A stretch of DNA of 64,000 nucleotides from an uncultured Alphaproteobacteria bacterium (GCA_944391345.1 CALXTE010000003.1:18375-82374); one strand, 5' to 3'; shown: positions 50,262 through 60,537, numbered from the stretch's first letter. Notes: generated by a model from the letters alone, not told the origin. Numbers and translations are program-made.

Positions 50262-51371
50262 ATGGCAAATAATAAAGAGCTTACACTGGAAGATGTTTCC
50301 CGCTTGGGGCATAATCCTTCCGTTGAAAACAAAATTATTACTGTAAACAAGCTTTCTTCTCTTTACAGTCAGCCGAATTTGACTTTGCGTGAAAGAAAGC
50401 TGGCTGAAGATATCTTTCGGATTATGGTGGAAGATGTTGAGGTTAAAGTACGACAGATTTTATCCGAATGTTTGAAAAACGCTAAAGATATTCCCAGTGA
50501 TTTGGTGAAAAAACTGATTTCTGATGAGAACAGCGTTTCTATTCCATTCATTAAATATTATCAGGGGCTGAGTGATGCTGAACTGATAGATATTATTAAT
50601 GCCCAAAATATTGATAAACAGAAGGCCGTTGCTCAACGTCGTAATCTGTCAAATGAGGTTTCGGGCTATATTGTTGATTATTGTCCGGAAGATGTTGTTG
50701 TTACACTGATTTCTAATAATTCAGCAAATATACTTGAGAATACTTTTCAAAAGATTATTACAAAATATGATCACAATGACACGATTAATCGTTGTTTGGT
50801 TTATCGCGAAGAGTTACCGGTTACCGTTATTGCCAAGATTTTGGATTCTTTGTCCGAAGATTTGAAAAAGCGCTTGATTTTGAAGCATAATCTTCCGGTT
50901 GACTTTGCAACTGATATTATTGAGCAAGTTAAAGAAAAAGTTACGCTTAAAGTGTCGGCCGAATATAGTACCGATAAGCAAGTAGAGGCTTTGGTGCACG
51001 AGCTTTATGCTTCTAACAAATTGACTCCTTCCTTGGTTGTGCGGTCAATTTGTATGGGTGATTTGAAATTTTTTGAATATGCTATTGTTTATCTTTCAAA
51101 TACGCCGATTGTTGAGGTTCGCAAGATTTTGTTCAACACACAGCTTGATTTTGTGGTTCGTAATTTGCTTCGCAAGGCCTTTATCCCGAAAAATTTCTTT
51201 CCGGCCGTTTTCAGTGCCTTGAAAGTTATTAAGGAAATTCGCTTTGATTTGCGCAATAGCAGCAATCAGACTTTTACACATAAAGTTATTGAGCGAATCT
51301 TGTCTTATGCTAATGTTGATGAAGAGTTGGATAAAAAAGATATTGACTATCTTATCTCAAAAATTAATTGA
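50262..51371 (+). CDS. DUF2336-like protein
   Basis: Family similarity, alphaproteobacterial. Confidence 0.5.
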   Translation: MANNKELTLEDVSRLGHNPSVENKIITVNKLSSLYSQPNLTLRERKLAEDIFRIMVEDVEVKVRQILSECLKNAKDIPSDLVKKLISDENSVSIPFIKYYQGLSDAELIDIINAQNIDKQKAVAQRRNLSNEVSGYIVDYCPEDVVVTLISNNSANILENTFQKIITKYDHNDTINRCLVYREELPVTVIAKILDSLSEDLKKRLILKHNLPVDFATDIIEQVKEKVTLKVSAEYSTDKQVEALVHELYASNKLTPSLVVRSICMGDLKFFEYAIVYLSNTPIVEVRKILFNTQLDFVVRNLLRKAFIPKNFFPAVFSALKVIKEIRFDLRNSSNQTFTHKVIERILSYANVDEELDKKDIDYLISKIN

Positions 51372-51410
51372 AAGCACCGGCAGGCATCTTAGATGCTTGT
51401 CTTGAATATA

Positions 51411-51460
51411 AAAATAAGCTGCGGCGTTCATTTTTTGGGGACGCGGCAGCTTATTTTTTA
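51411..51460. terminator. Bidirectional terminator (AAGCTGCGGCGT...ACGCGGCAGCTT)
   Basis: Long stem with A/T runs. Confidence 0.65.
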
Positions 51461-51682
51461 GGCTTGGGAGGATAAAGAGTTTTTATAATGCGAGGCACGA
51501 TATGTGGAAATACCTATAAGACACCATGCTCCAACATAAATTATTCCAGCCCAAAAGCTCCATGAGAACAAAAAAGCGCTGATTGTTGCAACTATTAAAA
51601 CAAGCAGCAAAGTGTAAAAAAATGCTTTCATAATATATAAAATTATAGGTTTTAGGATTATAGAATACAGTGTTTTTGACAA
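51458..51682 (-). CDS. Small membrane protein (74 aa)
   Basis: ORF with 2 TM helices; weak support. Confidence 0.3.
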   Translation of the reverse strand: MSKTLYSIILKPIILYIMKAFFYTLLLVLIVATISAFLFSWSFWAGIIYVGAWCLIGISTYRASHYKNSLSSQA

Positions 51683-51698
51683 AATACAAGCATTTTGT

Positions 51699-52352
51699 TT
51701 AAATTAATTTGTTTATTTCTGCGCGGAGTTCTTCCAGTCCGATGTTTTTTTCAGAGCTGGTGGCGATAATTTCATTATAAGCCGCGGCGTGATTCTTGAT
51801 TTCATTCAATATGCCGGTTTCTTGATTTTTAAGTGCTTTGAGGCTGATTTTATCAATCTTGGTTAAAATGATTTGATAAGTCACGGCAGCTTTATCAAGC
51901 ATTTCCATGACTTCTTTATCAACCTTTTTTAGGCCGTGACGCGAATCGATAAGCAAAAATACGCGTCTTAAATTTACTCGGCCTCTGAGATAATCAAATA
52001 TGAGTTTTTGCCACTGTTTTACCAAACTTTCGGGCGCCTCGGCATAGCCATAACCGGGGAGGTCAACAACATGAATTTTATTGTTAAGATTAAAGTAATT
52101 CAGCTGTTGGGTTCTTCCGGGGGTGCTTGATGTTTTGGCTAGTTTTTTCTGGTTAAACAGGGCGTTTATCAGGCTTGATTTGCCGACATTAGAGCGGCCG
52201 GCAAAGGCGATTTCTTCAAGCTCGGATAAGGGAAGCTGCGACAGATTGGCAACGCTTAAGACAAAGCTTACGGGCTCTTTGAACAGAGCATTGCCGGCGG
52301 CTTTTTCTTCCGGTGTAAATCTGTCGTGTGCTTCTTCCATTTTAGACTCCAT
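51699..52352 (-). CDS. engB: GTP-binding protein EngB/YihA
   Basis: Motif GRSNVGKSSLIN. Confidence 0.9.
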   Translation of the reverse strand: MESKMEEAHDRFTPEEKAAGNALFKEPVSFVLSVANLSQLPLSELEEIAFAGRSNVGKSSLINALFNQKKLAKTSSTPGRTQQLNYFNLNNKIHVVDLPGYGYAEAPESLVKQWQKLIFDYLRGRVNLRRVFLLIDSRHGLKKVDKEVMEMLDKAAVTYQIILTKIDKISLKALKNQETGILNEIKNHAAAYNEIIATSSEKNIGLEELRAEINKLI

Positions 52353-54027
52353 ATTTTCTCATTATCAGTTTTTGCTGGATGATGGATAAGATATTGGTCA
52401 AGGTCCAATAGATAACCAATCCGGATGCAAAATGTCCGAGCATGAAGGTAAAGATTATCGGCAGCCATGTGAATACGCGGGCCTGATCTTTGTTCATCGG
52501 TGCCGGATTTAGTTTTTGTTGGATATACATGGTTAAGCCCATGATAATCGGCCAAACACCGATGTTCAGCAAGCTTGGAATCGGTAAATGCGACCAAACC
52601 GAAATTGTCAAAGGATCCGGTGCGGACAAGTCTTTTATCCAGCCGATGAACGGTGCATGGCGAATTTCAATAGCGATATTCAAAACTTTGTACAAAGAGA
52701 AGAATACCGGTATTTGTATTAACAGCGGCAAGCAACCGGCGGCCGGATTTATCTTTTCTTTGCGATAAAGCGCCATGGTTTCTTGCTGGAGTTTCATTTT
52801 GTCATCGCCATAGCGTTCTTGCAGGGTTTGAATCTTAGGCTGTAATTTCTTCATCTTTGACATGCTTTCATAAGATTTGCCGGCAATCGGGTACATGGCG
52901 ACTCTCAGCAAGGCTGCAAATAGCAAGATTGCCCAGCCCATGTTGCCAATCAAATTGTATAAAAAGTCAAGAATGTAGAAAAACGGTTTGGTCAAGAAAT
53001 AGTACCAGCCAAAGTCTACGGCTAAATCAAATTTTGGAATATTGTAGTGATTTTTGTATTCATCAAGCAGTTTAATCTCTTTAGCACCGGCAAAGAACTT
53101 AATGTTTTTGGTTGCGACAGCGCCCCGGGCGATTGTGGTTGCCTCACCAAGATAGTCAACTTGATATGATTTTTCGTTATTGCGGCGGGCTTTGACGGTA
53201 TTTTTTTCGCTGCCGTCAAGAATAAAGGCACTGAACCAATAGTGGTCAGAAAAGCCGGCCCAGCCGTTGGCGGTGGTAAATTTTTCGCTTTCTCCGGGGT
53301 CAAGGTCTTTGAATTTTATTTCATGGAGGTTGTTATCCAAGACGCCGGTGATTCCTTGATGCACAACAGCGTTGGAGCCGCTTTCTTGGTCCGGACTATG
53401 GGTAATTAAGCCATAAGGATAGAGCGTTATATCTTTATTGGAGTTGTTTTCGACGCTGTCGGCAATCGTAAACATGTAATTTTTATCGAGGGTGATGGTA
53501 CGAACAAATCTTAATCCTTGTCCATTGTTCCATTCCAAAACAATCGGGCTGTCTGGGGTGAGCTCTTTGCCTTTTACCTGCCAGATGGTTTTGCTGTTGG
53601 GGACGCGGACGCCGGCCTGTGTGCTTAACCAGCCGAATTCGGCAAAATAGGGGCTCTCAGTTTGGGCCGGTGTTAGTAATTCAACATCTGGGCTGTCCGG
53701 TGATAAGGTTTGTTTGTATTTATCAAGCATTAAATCATCAAAACGGGCACCTTCAACACGGATTGAGCCTTTAACCGCGGCGTTGCTGATTTTTATTCTT
53801 GGGTTTTGTTGCAAGACTTGTTCAACCGGATAAATTTCTTCTTCGGCAGAAGTTGCGGTTGCGGCGATTGGTTCCTGCTTTTCCGGCATGGGGGTACTTG
53901 TTTGTGTTTCTGTTGCGGGGAGTGGTTGTTCCGGCTGCGGAAATAGGTAGCGGCTGGCAATAATGACCAGAGCGCAGAGGATGGTCGCCAGTATTATCCC
54001 TTTGGTGTTATTTTCTTCATCGTACAT
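52342..54027 (-). CDS. yidC: Membrane protein insertase YidC
   Basis: 561 aa. Confidence 0.95.
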   Translation of the reverse strand: MYDEENNTKGIILATILCALVIIASRYLFPQPEQPLPATETQTSTPMPEKQEPIAATATSAEEEIYPVEQVLQQNPRIKISNAAVKGSIRVEGARFDDLMLDKYKQTLSPDSPDVELLTPAQTESPYFAEFGWLSTQAGVRVPNSKTIWQVKGKELTPDSPIVLEWNNGQGLRFVRTITLDKNYMFTIADSVENNSNKDITLYPYGLITHSPDQESGSNAVVHQGITGVLDNNLHEIKFKDLDPGESEKFTTANGWAGFSDHYWFSAFILDGSEKNTVKARRNNEKSYQVDYLGEATTIARGAVATKNIKFFAGAKEIKLLDEYKNHYNIPKFDLAVDFGWYYFLTKPFFYILDFLYNLIGNMGWAILLFAALLRVAMYPIAGKSYESMSKMKKLQPKIQTLQERYGDDKMKLQQETMALYRKEKINPAAGCLPLLIQIPVFFSLYKVLNIAIEIRHAPFIGWIKDLSAPDPLTISVWSHLPIPSLLNIGVWPIIMGLTMYIQQKLNPAPMNKDQARVFTWLPIIFTFMLGHFASGLVIYWTLTNILSIIQQKLIMRKYGV

Positions 54028-54108
54028 TAAAATTGCTCCGTTTTGATGAATTTGTTATTCAAGAATCTGTTTTGAAATTTAATCTATATTTCTAAGAAAC
54101 GCAAGGGT

Positions 54109-54405
54109 TTAATCTTGTTTTTGTTTTTTGGGTGGAACGGGGTCGTATCCTTGGCCGCCCCAAGGATGGCAGCGCAATATTCTTTTGGTGCCGAGCCATA
54201 GCCCTTTGATTATGCCATGAACTTGAATCGCCTCAATCATGTATTGTGAGCAGGTTGGACGATAGCGGCATACGCCGGGGAAAAACGGTGATATATATCT
54301 TTGATAAAGTTTAATCAGAATTATCAGAAGAAATTTCAGCAGTTGTGTCAGCAGATTTTTCAGAAAGATTAGTGGCGTTTTCTTCTTTGAGGCTGAGTTT
54401 TGCAA
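54109..54405 (-). CDS. yidD: Membrane protein insertion efficiency factor YidD (start possibly internal; overlaps rnpA)
   Basis: Motif YQRYISP...[10 protein letters not shown]...LRCHPW. Confidence 0.8.
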   Translation of the reverse strand: MQNSASKKKTPLIFLKNLLTQLLKFLLIILIKLYQRYISPFFPGVCRYRPTCSQYMIEAIQVHGIIKGLWLGTKRILRCHPWGGQGYDPVPPKKQKQD

Positions 54406-54733
54406 GTTTTTTTAATCCCCATTTTAAGTCTTGGCAGAGGTCTTTGTATGAACAATCGGCGGTGTTATAGCGTCCGATTAGTACATAGGTGTTATTTTTT
54501 TGAGCAGCTTGCGGAAATATCTCTCTTACGGCGGCTCTTAAGCGGCGGCGGGCGCGATTGCGAACATGGGCTTTGCCGATTTTTTTGGTGGTGGTGTAGC
54601 CAACAAAAACGTTTTGTTGTTCAGGTGATAAATTTTGAGCCGCCTGCAAGATGACCGTGGGTGTTACCACCCTTAGCCCCTTGTTGGCGACTCTGACGAA
54701 ATCTTTACGTTTTTTTAGTGTTAAAATTTCCAT
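54311..54733 (-). CDS. rnpA: RNase P protein component
   Basis: Start at [12 protein letters not shown]; the longer track start overlaps rpmH. Confidence 0.85.
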   Translation of the reverse strand: MEILTLKKRKDFVRVANKGLRVVTPTVILQAAQNLSPEQQNVFVGYTTTKKIGKAHVRNRARRRLRAAVREIFPQAAQKNNTYVLIGRYNTADCSYKDLCQDLKWGLKKLAKLSLKEENATNLSEKSADTTAEISSDNSD

Positions 54734-54749
54734 TTGCTTGGCGATTGCT

Positions 54750-54884
54750 CTAAGCTGAAATTTTAGCACGTCCTCTAGCACGGCGCGCTGCTAATACTTT
54801 GCGTCCGTTTTTGGTGGCCATGCGTGCACGGAAGCCGTGACGGCGAGCTCTTACCAATTTACTTGGCTGATAGGTACGTTTCAT
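54750..54884 (-). CDS. rpmH: 50S ribosomal protein L34 (44 aa; below the ORF-track cutoff)
   Basis: Translation [44 protein letters not shown]; GGAGAAA RBS. Confidence 0.92.
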   Translation of the reverse strand: MKRTYQPSKLVRARRHGFRARMATKNGRKVLAARRARGRAKISA

Positions 54885-55015
54885 TTCATTTCTCCGGTTA
54901 AATGCGAGGCTTGTGCCTCTGGTTGTTTATTTTTAGTTAAGCTCAGGTTCCTGAGCCTCGGAAACGCCTAATTTATAGCGGGCAATTGTTTGATTGTCAA
55001 GAAAAAACTCTTTGC

Positions 55016-55048
55016 AAAAATAAAGACCGGATTTCCGGTCTTTATTTG
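55016..55048. terminator. Bidirectional terminator (AAATAAAGACCGGA-TT-TCCGGTCTTTATTT)
   Basis: Perfect stem. Confidence 0.7.
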
Positions 55049-55064
55049 GTTCTTTATGTTATGT

Positions 55065-55790
55065 TTAGCGGCGGTCACCAAACAGGCGGAGCAACGCAAT
55101 AAACATATTGATAAAGTCAAGGTAAAGCGCTAAGGCGCCGGCAATAGCCTTCTTGGTGTAGCTGTCTGACGAATCGCCTTCAAAATACATCTGGCGAATC
55201 TTTTGGGTGTCATAAGCGGTTAAGCCGGTGAAAGCGATAACGGCCAGAATTGACAAGGCATAAGACAAGCCGGGGCTTTGCATAAACAAGTTTACGATAG
55301 AGGCAATGACAATTCCCCAAACGCCCATAATCAAGAAAGAGCCCATTGCCGTCAAATCTTTTTTAGTGGTGTAGCCGTATAAGCTCATGGAGCCAAACAT
55401 GGCGGCCGTAATTAAAAAGATGCGGGCAACGCTGGCGCCGGTGTAAATCATTAGGGTTGGTGCAAGAGAGATACCCATTACGGCAGAAAATCCCCAGAAC
55501 AGTCCTTGAACCTGACGGCTGGTGCCTTTGACCAAAACCCAGTTAAACGCAAAAACCATAACCAGCGGGGCAAATAAGATTATCCAGCCTAATGCTGACA
55601 TGCCGGTGGCATAGCCTTGGGCATTAAAGCTGAAAAATATTCTTAACAATGACGGCGAACTTAGTAATATATAAGAGGCCAAAGCGGTTACTGCCAGTCC
55701 TCCGGCCATGAAGTTATATACTTTAAGCATATAAGTCCGCAAGCCTTCGTCAATGACCGAACGGGCTTGGGTGTTGGTGTTTTCTATCAT
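55065..55790 (-). CDS. Bax inhibitor-1/YccA family membrane protein
   Basis: 7 TM helices, 241 aa. Confidence 0.85.
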   Translation of the reverse strand: MIENTNTQARSVIDEGLRTYMLKVYNFMAGGLAVTALASYILLSSPSLLRIFFSFNAQGYATGMSALGWIILFAPLVMVFAFNWVLVKGTSRQVQGLFWGFSAVMGISLAPTLMIYTGASVARIFLITAAMFGSMSLYGYTTKKDLTAMGSFLIMGVWGIVIASIVNLFMQSPGLSYALSILAVIAFTGLTAYDTQKIRQMYFEGDSSDSYTKKAIAGALALYLDFINMFIALLRLFGDRR

Positions 55791-55870
55791 TAATATTTTC
55801 TCCTTTATAAAGGTGTTGTATGTTGTTTATTTTTAATATAGGGTGCTTTTTTGTTAAAATCAATAGTGCT

Positions 55871-56581
55871 TTATTCGTAGCCGTATAACTCTTTGCCATG
55901 CTCTTTCAGCCAGCGTTCGCCTTGTTCATAATCCGGACAAAGCTTGGCAACACACTGCCAAAAGCTGCCCGAATGATTTTGATGTTTGAGGTGGGCTACC
56001 TCGTGTACCATCAAGTAGTTTATGACAAAGTCAGGTGCTAAGGATATGCGCCAGTTGTAGTTCAGATTGTTTAGGCTGGAGCAGCTGCCCCAGCGTGACT
56101 TGGTGTCTTTTATGGTGATGTCGTGGATTTCTTCGCCCAATTTCTTGGCGTATTTTTTTGAACGTTTGTAAAATTCGTCTTTGGCCTTTTTTTTGATAAA
56201 ATCTTTAATGCGGCGATGCATGAATTCTTCTTCGCCCGAAACAAGGAGGTTTCCTCCTTCTATTTTTACGCCCAAGCGTCTTTCCGGAGCATGTTTGATT
56301 TCAAGGGCTTGGCCAAATAAGCTTATTTTTTCGCCATTGAAAAACAGGCGACGTTCGGGGAGCTTTTGCAAGGTGGTTTTTACCCAGTCTTCATGGCTTT
56401 TGATAAACTCAAAGGCTTTTTTTTGACTGCAATAGCGCGGAAGTGTCAGAACGGCAATTCTTTCTTTGCTGTCTATTCTCAAGGTTAGTTTTTTGGCTCG
56501 GGCTGACTTGTTGACCTTTAGCGGAAAGTCAAATTCTTGCTCGAGGTTATAGGTCTTGCCAGTCAATAATGTAATTTTCAT
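55871..56581 (-). CDS. YgjP-like (DUF45, M48-type HExxH) metal-dependent hydrolase
   Basis: Motif MVHEVAHLKH. Confidence 0.8.
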   Translation of the reverse strand: MKITLLTGKTYNLEQEFDFPLKVNKSARAKKLTLRIDSKERIAVLTLPRYCSQKKAFEFIKSHEDWVKTTLQKLPERRLFFNGEKISLFGQALEIKHAPERRLGVKIEGGNLLVSGEEEFMHRRIKDFIKKKAKDEFYKRSKKYAKKLGEEIHDITIKDTKSRWGSCSSLNNLNYNWRISLAPDFVINYLMVHEVAHLKHQNHSGSFWQCVAKLCPDYEQGERWLKEHGKELYGYE

Positions 56582-57059
56582 AGTCTTCTATTCCTGTTTC
56601 CGAAACCGTGTTGCGGTTGCGAATCGACATTCGTGCCTCATGAACGCTATCTGCTCGTCCGGTTAGCAAAGGGTGCCAGTCAGGGAGAGGGTGACCGTTG
56701 TCTAACAGCCAATAGGCGCAGGTCTTGGGTAGCCATCGCGGTTTTTCGCGAATCGCCGCAAGGTCTATGTCTCGGCAGTCCGAAACCTTTTCAAAGCGGT
56801 GTTCGTAGATTTTGCAGAGGCAGTTTTGGCAATCTAAAAAGCGGCAGCGGGTGTTGGTGAACTTGATTTTTCCCTTAATTTCGATTTTGTTCAAGCAGCA
56901 TTTGCCGCAGCCGTCGCATAACAGCTCCCATTCTTCTTTGCTCATGTCTTCGAGTTTTTTCTTTTCCCAAAAGCGGGTGGCAATCAGTTGTTGATTGTTG
57001 AAGCGTGATTGCGGTGAAAAATGCTCTTCTTCAAGCGGGTAGTCTTTGTTGTTTGCCAT
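56547..57059 (-). CDS. YcgN/YkgJ-family Cys-cluster protein (UPF0260), copy 1
   Basis: Motif CxxCGxCC...C. Confidence 0.7.
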   Translation of the reverse strand: MANNKDYPLEEEHFSPQSRFNNQQLIATRFWEKKKLEDMSKEEWELLCDGCGKCCLNKIEIKGKIKFTNTRCRFLDCQNCLCKIYEHRFEKVSDCRDIDLAAIREKPRWLPKTCAYWLLDNGHPLPDWHPLLTGRADSVHEARMSIRNRNTVSETGIEDYENYIIDWQDL

Positions 57060-57439
57060 TATAGGTCATCCCAATCAACAATATGGTCTTCAAGCTCGTT
57101 TTCAGAGACTTCCGTTTCAGATATGCAGCGGCTTTTGATGCTGCTGAAAGGTGCTGGTTCACGCCCTTCGGCCAAGCGGCGATAGGCACAACTATCCGGC
57201 ATCCATCTGATGTTTTTGACATTGTCTTTGGTGAGTTTTAAACATTCGGGAACAAGCTCACAGCGGTTTTCGTAAACAGAGCAGCGTCCATGCTCTTGGT
57301 CATAATATTTACAGACAATGTCGGTATAAAAAATTTCTTCCGTTTCATCGTCTTGGAGTTTTAGCAAGCAGCATTTGCCGCAGTGGGTGCAGATGTTTTC
57401 CCATTCTTCTTCGGTATAGTCTTCAAGCTTTTTGGACAA
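57059..57439 (-). CDS. YcgN/YkgJ-family Cys-cluster protein, copy 2 (tandem paralog)
   Basis: Motif CTHCGKCC; same C-terminal IVDWDDL tail. Confidence 0.7.
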   Translation of the reverse strand: MSKKLEDYTEEEWENICTHCGKCCLLKLQDDETEEIFYTDIVCKYYDQEHGRCSVYENRCELVPECLKLTKDNVKNIRWMPDSCAYRRLAEGREPAPFSSIKSRCISETEVSENELEDHIVDWDDL

Positions 57440-57512
57440 GGTTTTTCTCGCTTTAATCTTTTTGTAAGTAACTTGCGCTATAATAGCATTGTTTTGGTAA
57501 AGGGGAAGAAAA

Positions 57513-57824
57513 ATGTTTAAATGGCTGGCGAATTTAATTATTAAAACACCAATTCAAGGGACTTGCTCTTGTTGTGAAGGCAAAAAAGAACGCCTGCGGC
57601 AGATGCAAAAAGTTATTTTGAATGAAGAAAGTCCGAATCCGGAAATAGATGAAGTTTCTTCTTGCTCGGGCTGTTGTTCTTGTTCTTCGCCGGAAGCCAA
57701 CCCTTATGAAGGGCTAAACCTTTCGTCTTCAATGCAAGGGCGATTTGAATTTAATCAAGAAAGCGGCACGTTTAAACGCACGATTAATTATTCGGCCGAA
57801 CAGAATGATAAGCCCACCGACTAG
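57513..57824 (+). CDS. Small Cys-rich protein (CSCCEG...CSGCCSCSS), unknown
   Basis: Good RBS AGGGGAAG; a 52-aa antisense ORF overlaps its 3' end. Confidence 0.35.
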   Translation: MFKWLANLIIKTPIQGTCSCCEGKKERLRQMQKVILNEESPNPEIDEVSSCSGCCSCSSPEANPYEGLNLSSSMQGRFEFNQESGTFKRTINYSAEQNDKPTD

Positions 57825-57895
57825 CATGTAAAATACACGGAAAAACATCAACCCGAAGATAATCAGTGTATTTTTGATTTCTTTCATTTTTATGC

Positions 57896-59377
57896 TTATC
57901 CTATTTGGTCAGGCAGGTTTTCTTCGCGAACAAGATTGCCAAACTGGGCAAATTCGCCGTTCCAGAAAAGCTGAACCGTGCCGGTTGGGCCGTGACGCTG
58001 TTTTCCGATAATCACTTCACCAAGGTTTTCGGTTTTTCTTAGTCTGGTTTCCCATTCTTCTATACGGTTTTGGAAGTGTTCCGGTGTTTCTCCGGCGTGT
58101 TGTTTGGGCTCTTCGTTTTTAATATAATAGTTTTCACGGAAGACAAACATGACGATATCCGCATCTTGCTCAATAGAGCCGGATTCTCTTAAGTCAGACA
58201 TGACCGGACGTTTGTCGTCGCGTTGCTCAACGCCACGGTTTAATTGTGACAAAGCTATGACAGGAACGTTTAATTCCTTAGCTAAAATCTTTAGACCGCG
58301 AGAAATCTCGGAAAGTTCTTGAACGCGGTTGCCTTCGCTTTTTTTATTGCCACTGCCGCTAATTAATTGGATATAGTCGATGACGATTAAGCCCAGCCCT
58401 TTATTGCGTTTTAGGCGGCGGGCACGGGTGCGAATCGTGTTGATGTTTACTCCGGGGGAATCATCAATGTATAACGGAATGTTTTCCAGCTCGCGGACGC
58501 CGGCGGCGACTCTGATAAACTCGGATTCTTCAAGTTGACCGGTTCTCATCTTGTGGCTGCTGGTTTGGGTGACGGTTGATAAAATACGGCTGGCCAACTG
58601 GTCTGCTGACATTTCCAGCGAGAAAAAAGCGACTCCGCGATTCTTGGGGTCGACTTCGCTTTCTTTGGCGCGGCTCATATATTCGGCAACGTTAAAGGCA
58701 ATATTGGTCGCCAGTGCGGTTTTTCCCATGGCCGGACGACCGGCTAAGATGATTAAGTCGGAATTATTCAATCCGCCGGTTTTGGCGTCGAGCGCATCTA
58801 ATCCGGTTGGTAAGCCTGATAATTTTCCTTCTTTCTGATAAGCTTGCTCTATCATACTTAGCGAACTGGTTAAGGCTTCTCCGAAAGACACGAATCCGCC
58901 GTTGATGTCTCCTTGGTTAGAGAGCTCAAATAAGCGTTTTTCGGCCTGTTCTATTTGGGCATTGGCGTCGTTATCCAAGTCTTCTTCCATGGCCGAATTG
59001 ACGATGTCGTAGCCGGTGGCTATGAGCTCTCTTCTTAGGTATTTGTCATAAATAAATTGGCCGTAATATTCGACATTTGTTAAAGGAGAGGCACTGTCGG
59101 CTAATTTTAACAAGTATTTGTGGCCGCCGACTTCGTTTAAGCTGCCTTCTTGTTCAAAGTAGTTCTTTAGGGTGATGACGTCGGCAATGTGGCCTCTTTG
59201 TATTAGTTTTGAGATGACCTCAAATATCTTGGCGTGGATTGAATCGGCAAAGTGAAAGGGTTTTAAGTATTCGGAGACTTTTTCAAAAGCTTTGTTATTG
59301 ACCAATATTGCACCGAGAAGAGCTTGTTCAGCTTCCAAGTTTTGCGGCAATACAGCGTTATCAGGTTTTGTCTCCAT
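57896..59377 (-). CDS. dnaB: Replicative DNA helicase DnaB
   Basis: 493 aa, Walker A GRPAMGKT. Confidence 0.97.
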   Translation of the reverse strand: METKPDNAVLPQNLEAEQALLGAILVNNKAFEKVSEYLKPFHFADSIHAKIFEVISKLIQRGHIADVITLKNYFEQEGSLNEVGGHKYLLKLADSASPLTNVEYYGQFIYDKYLRRELIATGYDIVNSAMEEDLDNDANAQIEQAEKRLFELSNQGDINGGFVSFGEALTSSLSMIEQAYQKEGKLSGLPTGLDALDAKTGGLNNSDLIILAGRPAMGKTALATNIAFNVAEYMSRAKESEVDPKNRGVAFFSLEMSADQLASRILSTVTQTSSHKMRTGQLEESEFIRVAAGVRELENIPLYIDDSPGVNINTIRTRARRLKRNKGLGLIVIDYIQLISGSGNKKSEGNRVQELSEISRGLKILAKELNVPVIALSQLNRGVEQRDDKRPVMSDLRESGSIEQDADIVMFVFRENYYIKNEEPKQHAGETPEHFQNRIEEWETRLRKTENLGEVIIGKQRHGPTGTVQLFWNGEFAQFGNLVREENLPDQIG

Positions 59378-59475
59378 ATTATTTTGTCCTTAGTTTTTTT
59401 TAGTTCTGTCGTATGATGGCAAAAAAATTTTTTCTTGGCAATGCTTATTTTGGCTTCCCTTTGTGGATTATGGGG

Positions 59476-59507
59476 ATAAAAAATCCCGCTCTCTTGCGAA
59501 AGCGGGG
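59476..59507 (-). terminator. rpmB terminator (minus strand)
   Basis: CCCGCT...AGCGGG hairpin plus T-run on the minus strand. Confidence 0.6.
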
Positions 59508-59535
59508 CAAAACAACCTAACCTAATTGTTTTTGA

Positions 59536-59811
59536 CTAAGCTTTGCTAATTTGCTTTTTGATTTTAACAGCCTCAGCAGAAAGTTTGCTGTTAGAGGTTG
59601 ATTCCAAATAAGCGTCTAAGCCGCCATTGTGCTCAATAGAACGCAAGGTTTTAGAGCAAATTTTTAACTTAAATACTTTGCCAAGTTTTTCACTCAAAAG
59701 TGAAACAACTTGAAGATTCGGCAGAAAACGACGGCGGGTTCTGTTGTTTGCGTGGCTGACATTGTTGCCGCTCATTACGCCGGTGCCGCTGATTTCACAT
59801 TTTTTTGACAT
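59536..59811 (-). CDS. rpmB: 50S ribosomal protein L28
   Basis: MSKKCEISGTGVMSGNNVSHANNRTRRRFLPNL; AAGGA RBS; the longer track start is rejected. Confidence 0.9.
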   Translation of the reverse strand: MSKKCEISGTGVMSGNNVSHANNRTRRRFLPNLQVVSLLSEKLGKVFKLKICSKTLRSIEHNGGLDAYLESTSNSKLSAEAVKIKKQISKA

Positions 59812-59964
59812 GGTTTTTTCCTTAATTTTTCTTAACAAAACAAAAACTCGTTGCCTCTTAATAGACGCAAATTTGCTTAGAGTCAAGTGAAAAATTATTA
59901 TTTCTTGTTGTTTTTGCAAAAAAACAGCGTATTTCCGCTTTGAGAAATACGCTGTTTGACGTTT

Positions 59965-60324
59965 TTAATCCGGTTGCTGACCGTTGATTTCTTTGATTAT
60001 CTCAAACATTTGTTTGGCCGCAGGCGCATTTTTGGTCCCAAGGGTCTTAACGTTGAGGTCATGAAGCGCCGCTTGACTAATCTGATATTTTGCAGCGTAG
60101 TCTCTTAGGTTTTGTCTTATCTCTCGGCAAGTGTTTTGTGCATTTGGTTTGCAGAGGTTGCCGGCTGCTGTGTGACTGTGTCTTTGAAGATAACAACACA
60201 TGCGGTAGAGCAAAACGGCTTCAGAATCGCTGCGCAGCTGATGTTCTTGCGTGTAGCTGTGAATTTTGTAGAAATTTTCGGTAGCAACAAGGCTCTGTTC
60301 GTCTTTTAATAATAATCTTTCCAT
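59965..60324 (-). CDS. Hypothetical protein (119 aa, Cys/His-containing), next to tRNA-Arg
   Basis: ORF only; no RBS. Confidence 0.35.
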   Translation of the reverse strand: MERLLLKDEQSLVATENFYKIHSYTQEHQLRSDSEAVLLYRMCCYLQRHSHTAAGNLCKPNAQNTCREIRQNLRDYAAKYQISQAALHDLNVKTLGTKNAPAAKQMFEIIKEINGQQPD

Positions 60325-60460
60325 AAGCGTATAAGATTTGGTGAATAATAATAGTTAATTCGGGCTGAACATAGCAAAGTTTATTGTGATTGTCCAGTAT
60401 AATTATTGAAATTTTTGCTTGAGTCTTTTTTGTAAATGAATTATTACTGTCTTATTCGAT

Positions 60461-60537
60461 GTATCCGTAGCTCAATTGGATAGAGTGTTGGCCTCCGACG
60501 CCAAAGGTTGTGGGTTCGATCCCCGCCGGATACGCCA
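60461..60537 (+). tRNA. tRNA-Arg (anticodon CCG)
   Basis: Manual cloverleaf: acceptor GTATCCG/CGGATAC, anticodon loop CTCCGAC, T-loop TTCGATC, encoded CCA; promoter-like TTGAGT-17-TATTAC upstream. Confidence 0.9.

Noticed and set aside
54734-54781. Long rnpA start at 54781
   Set aside because: It overlaps the rpmH coding sequence. The internal start [12 protein letters not shown] matches the RnpA N-terminus.
59812-59919. Long rpmB start (MQKQQEIIIF...)
   Set aside because: L28 begins at MSKKCEISGTG, which has an AAGGA RBS. The extension is unsupported.
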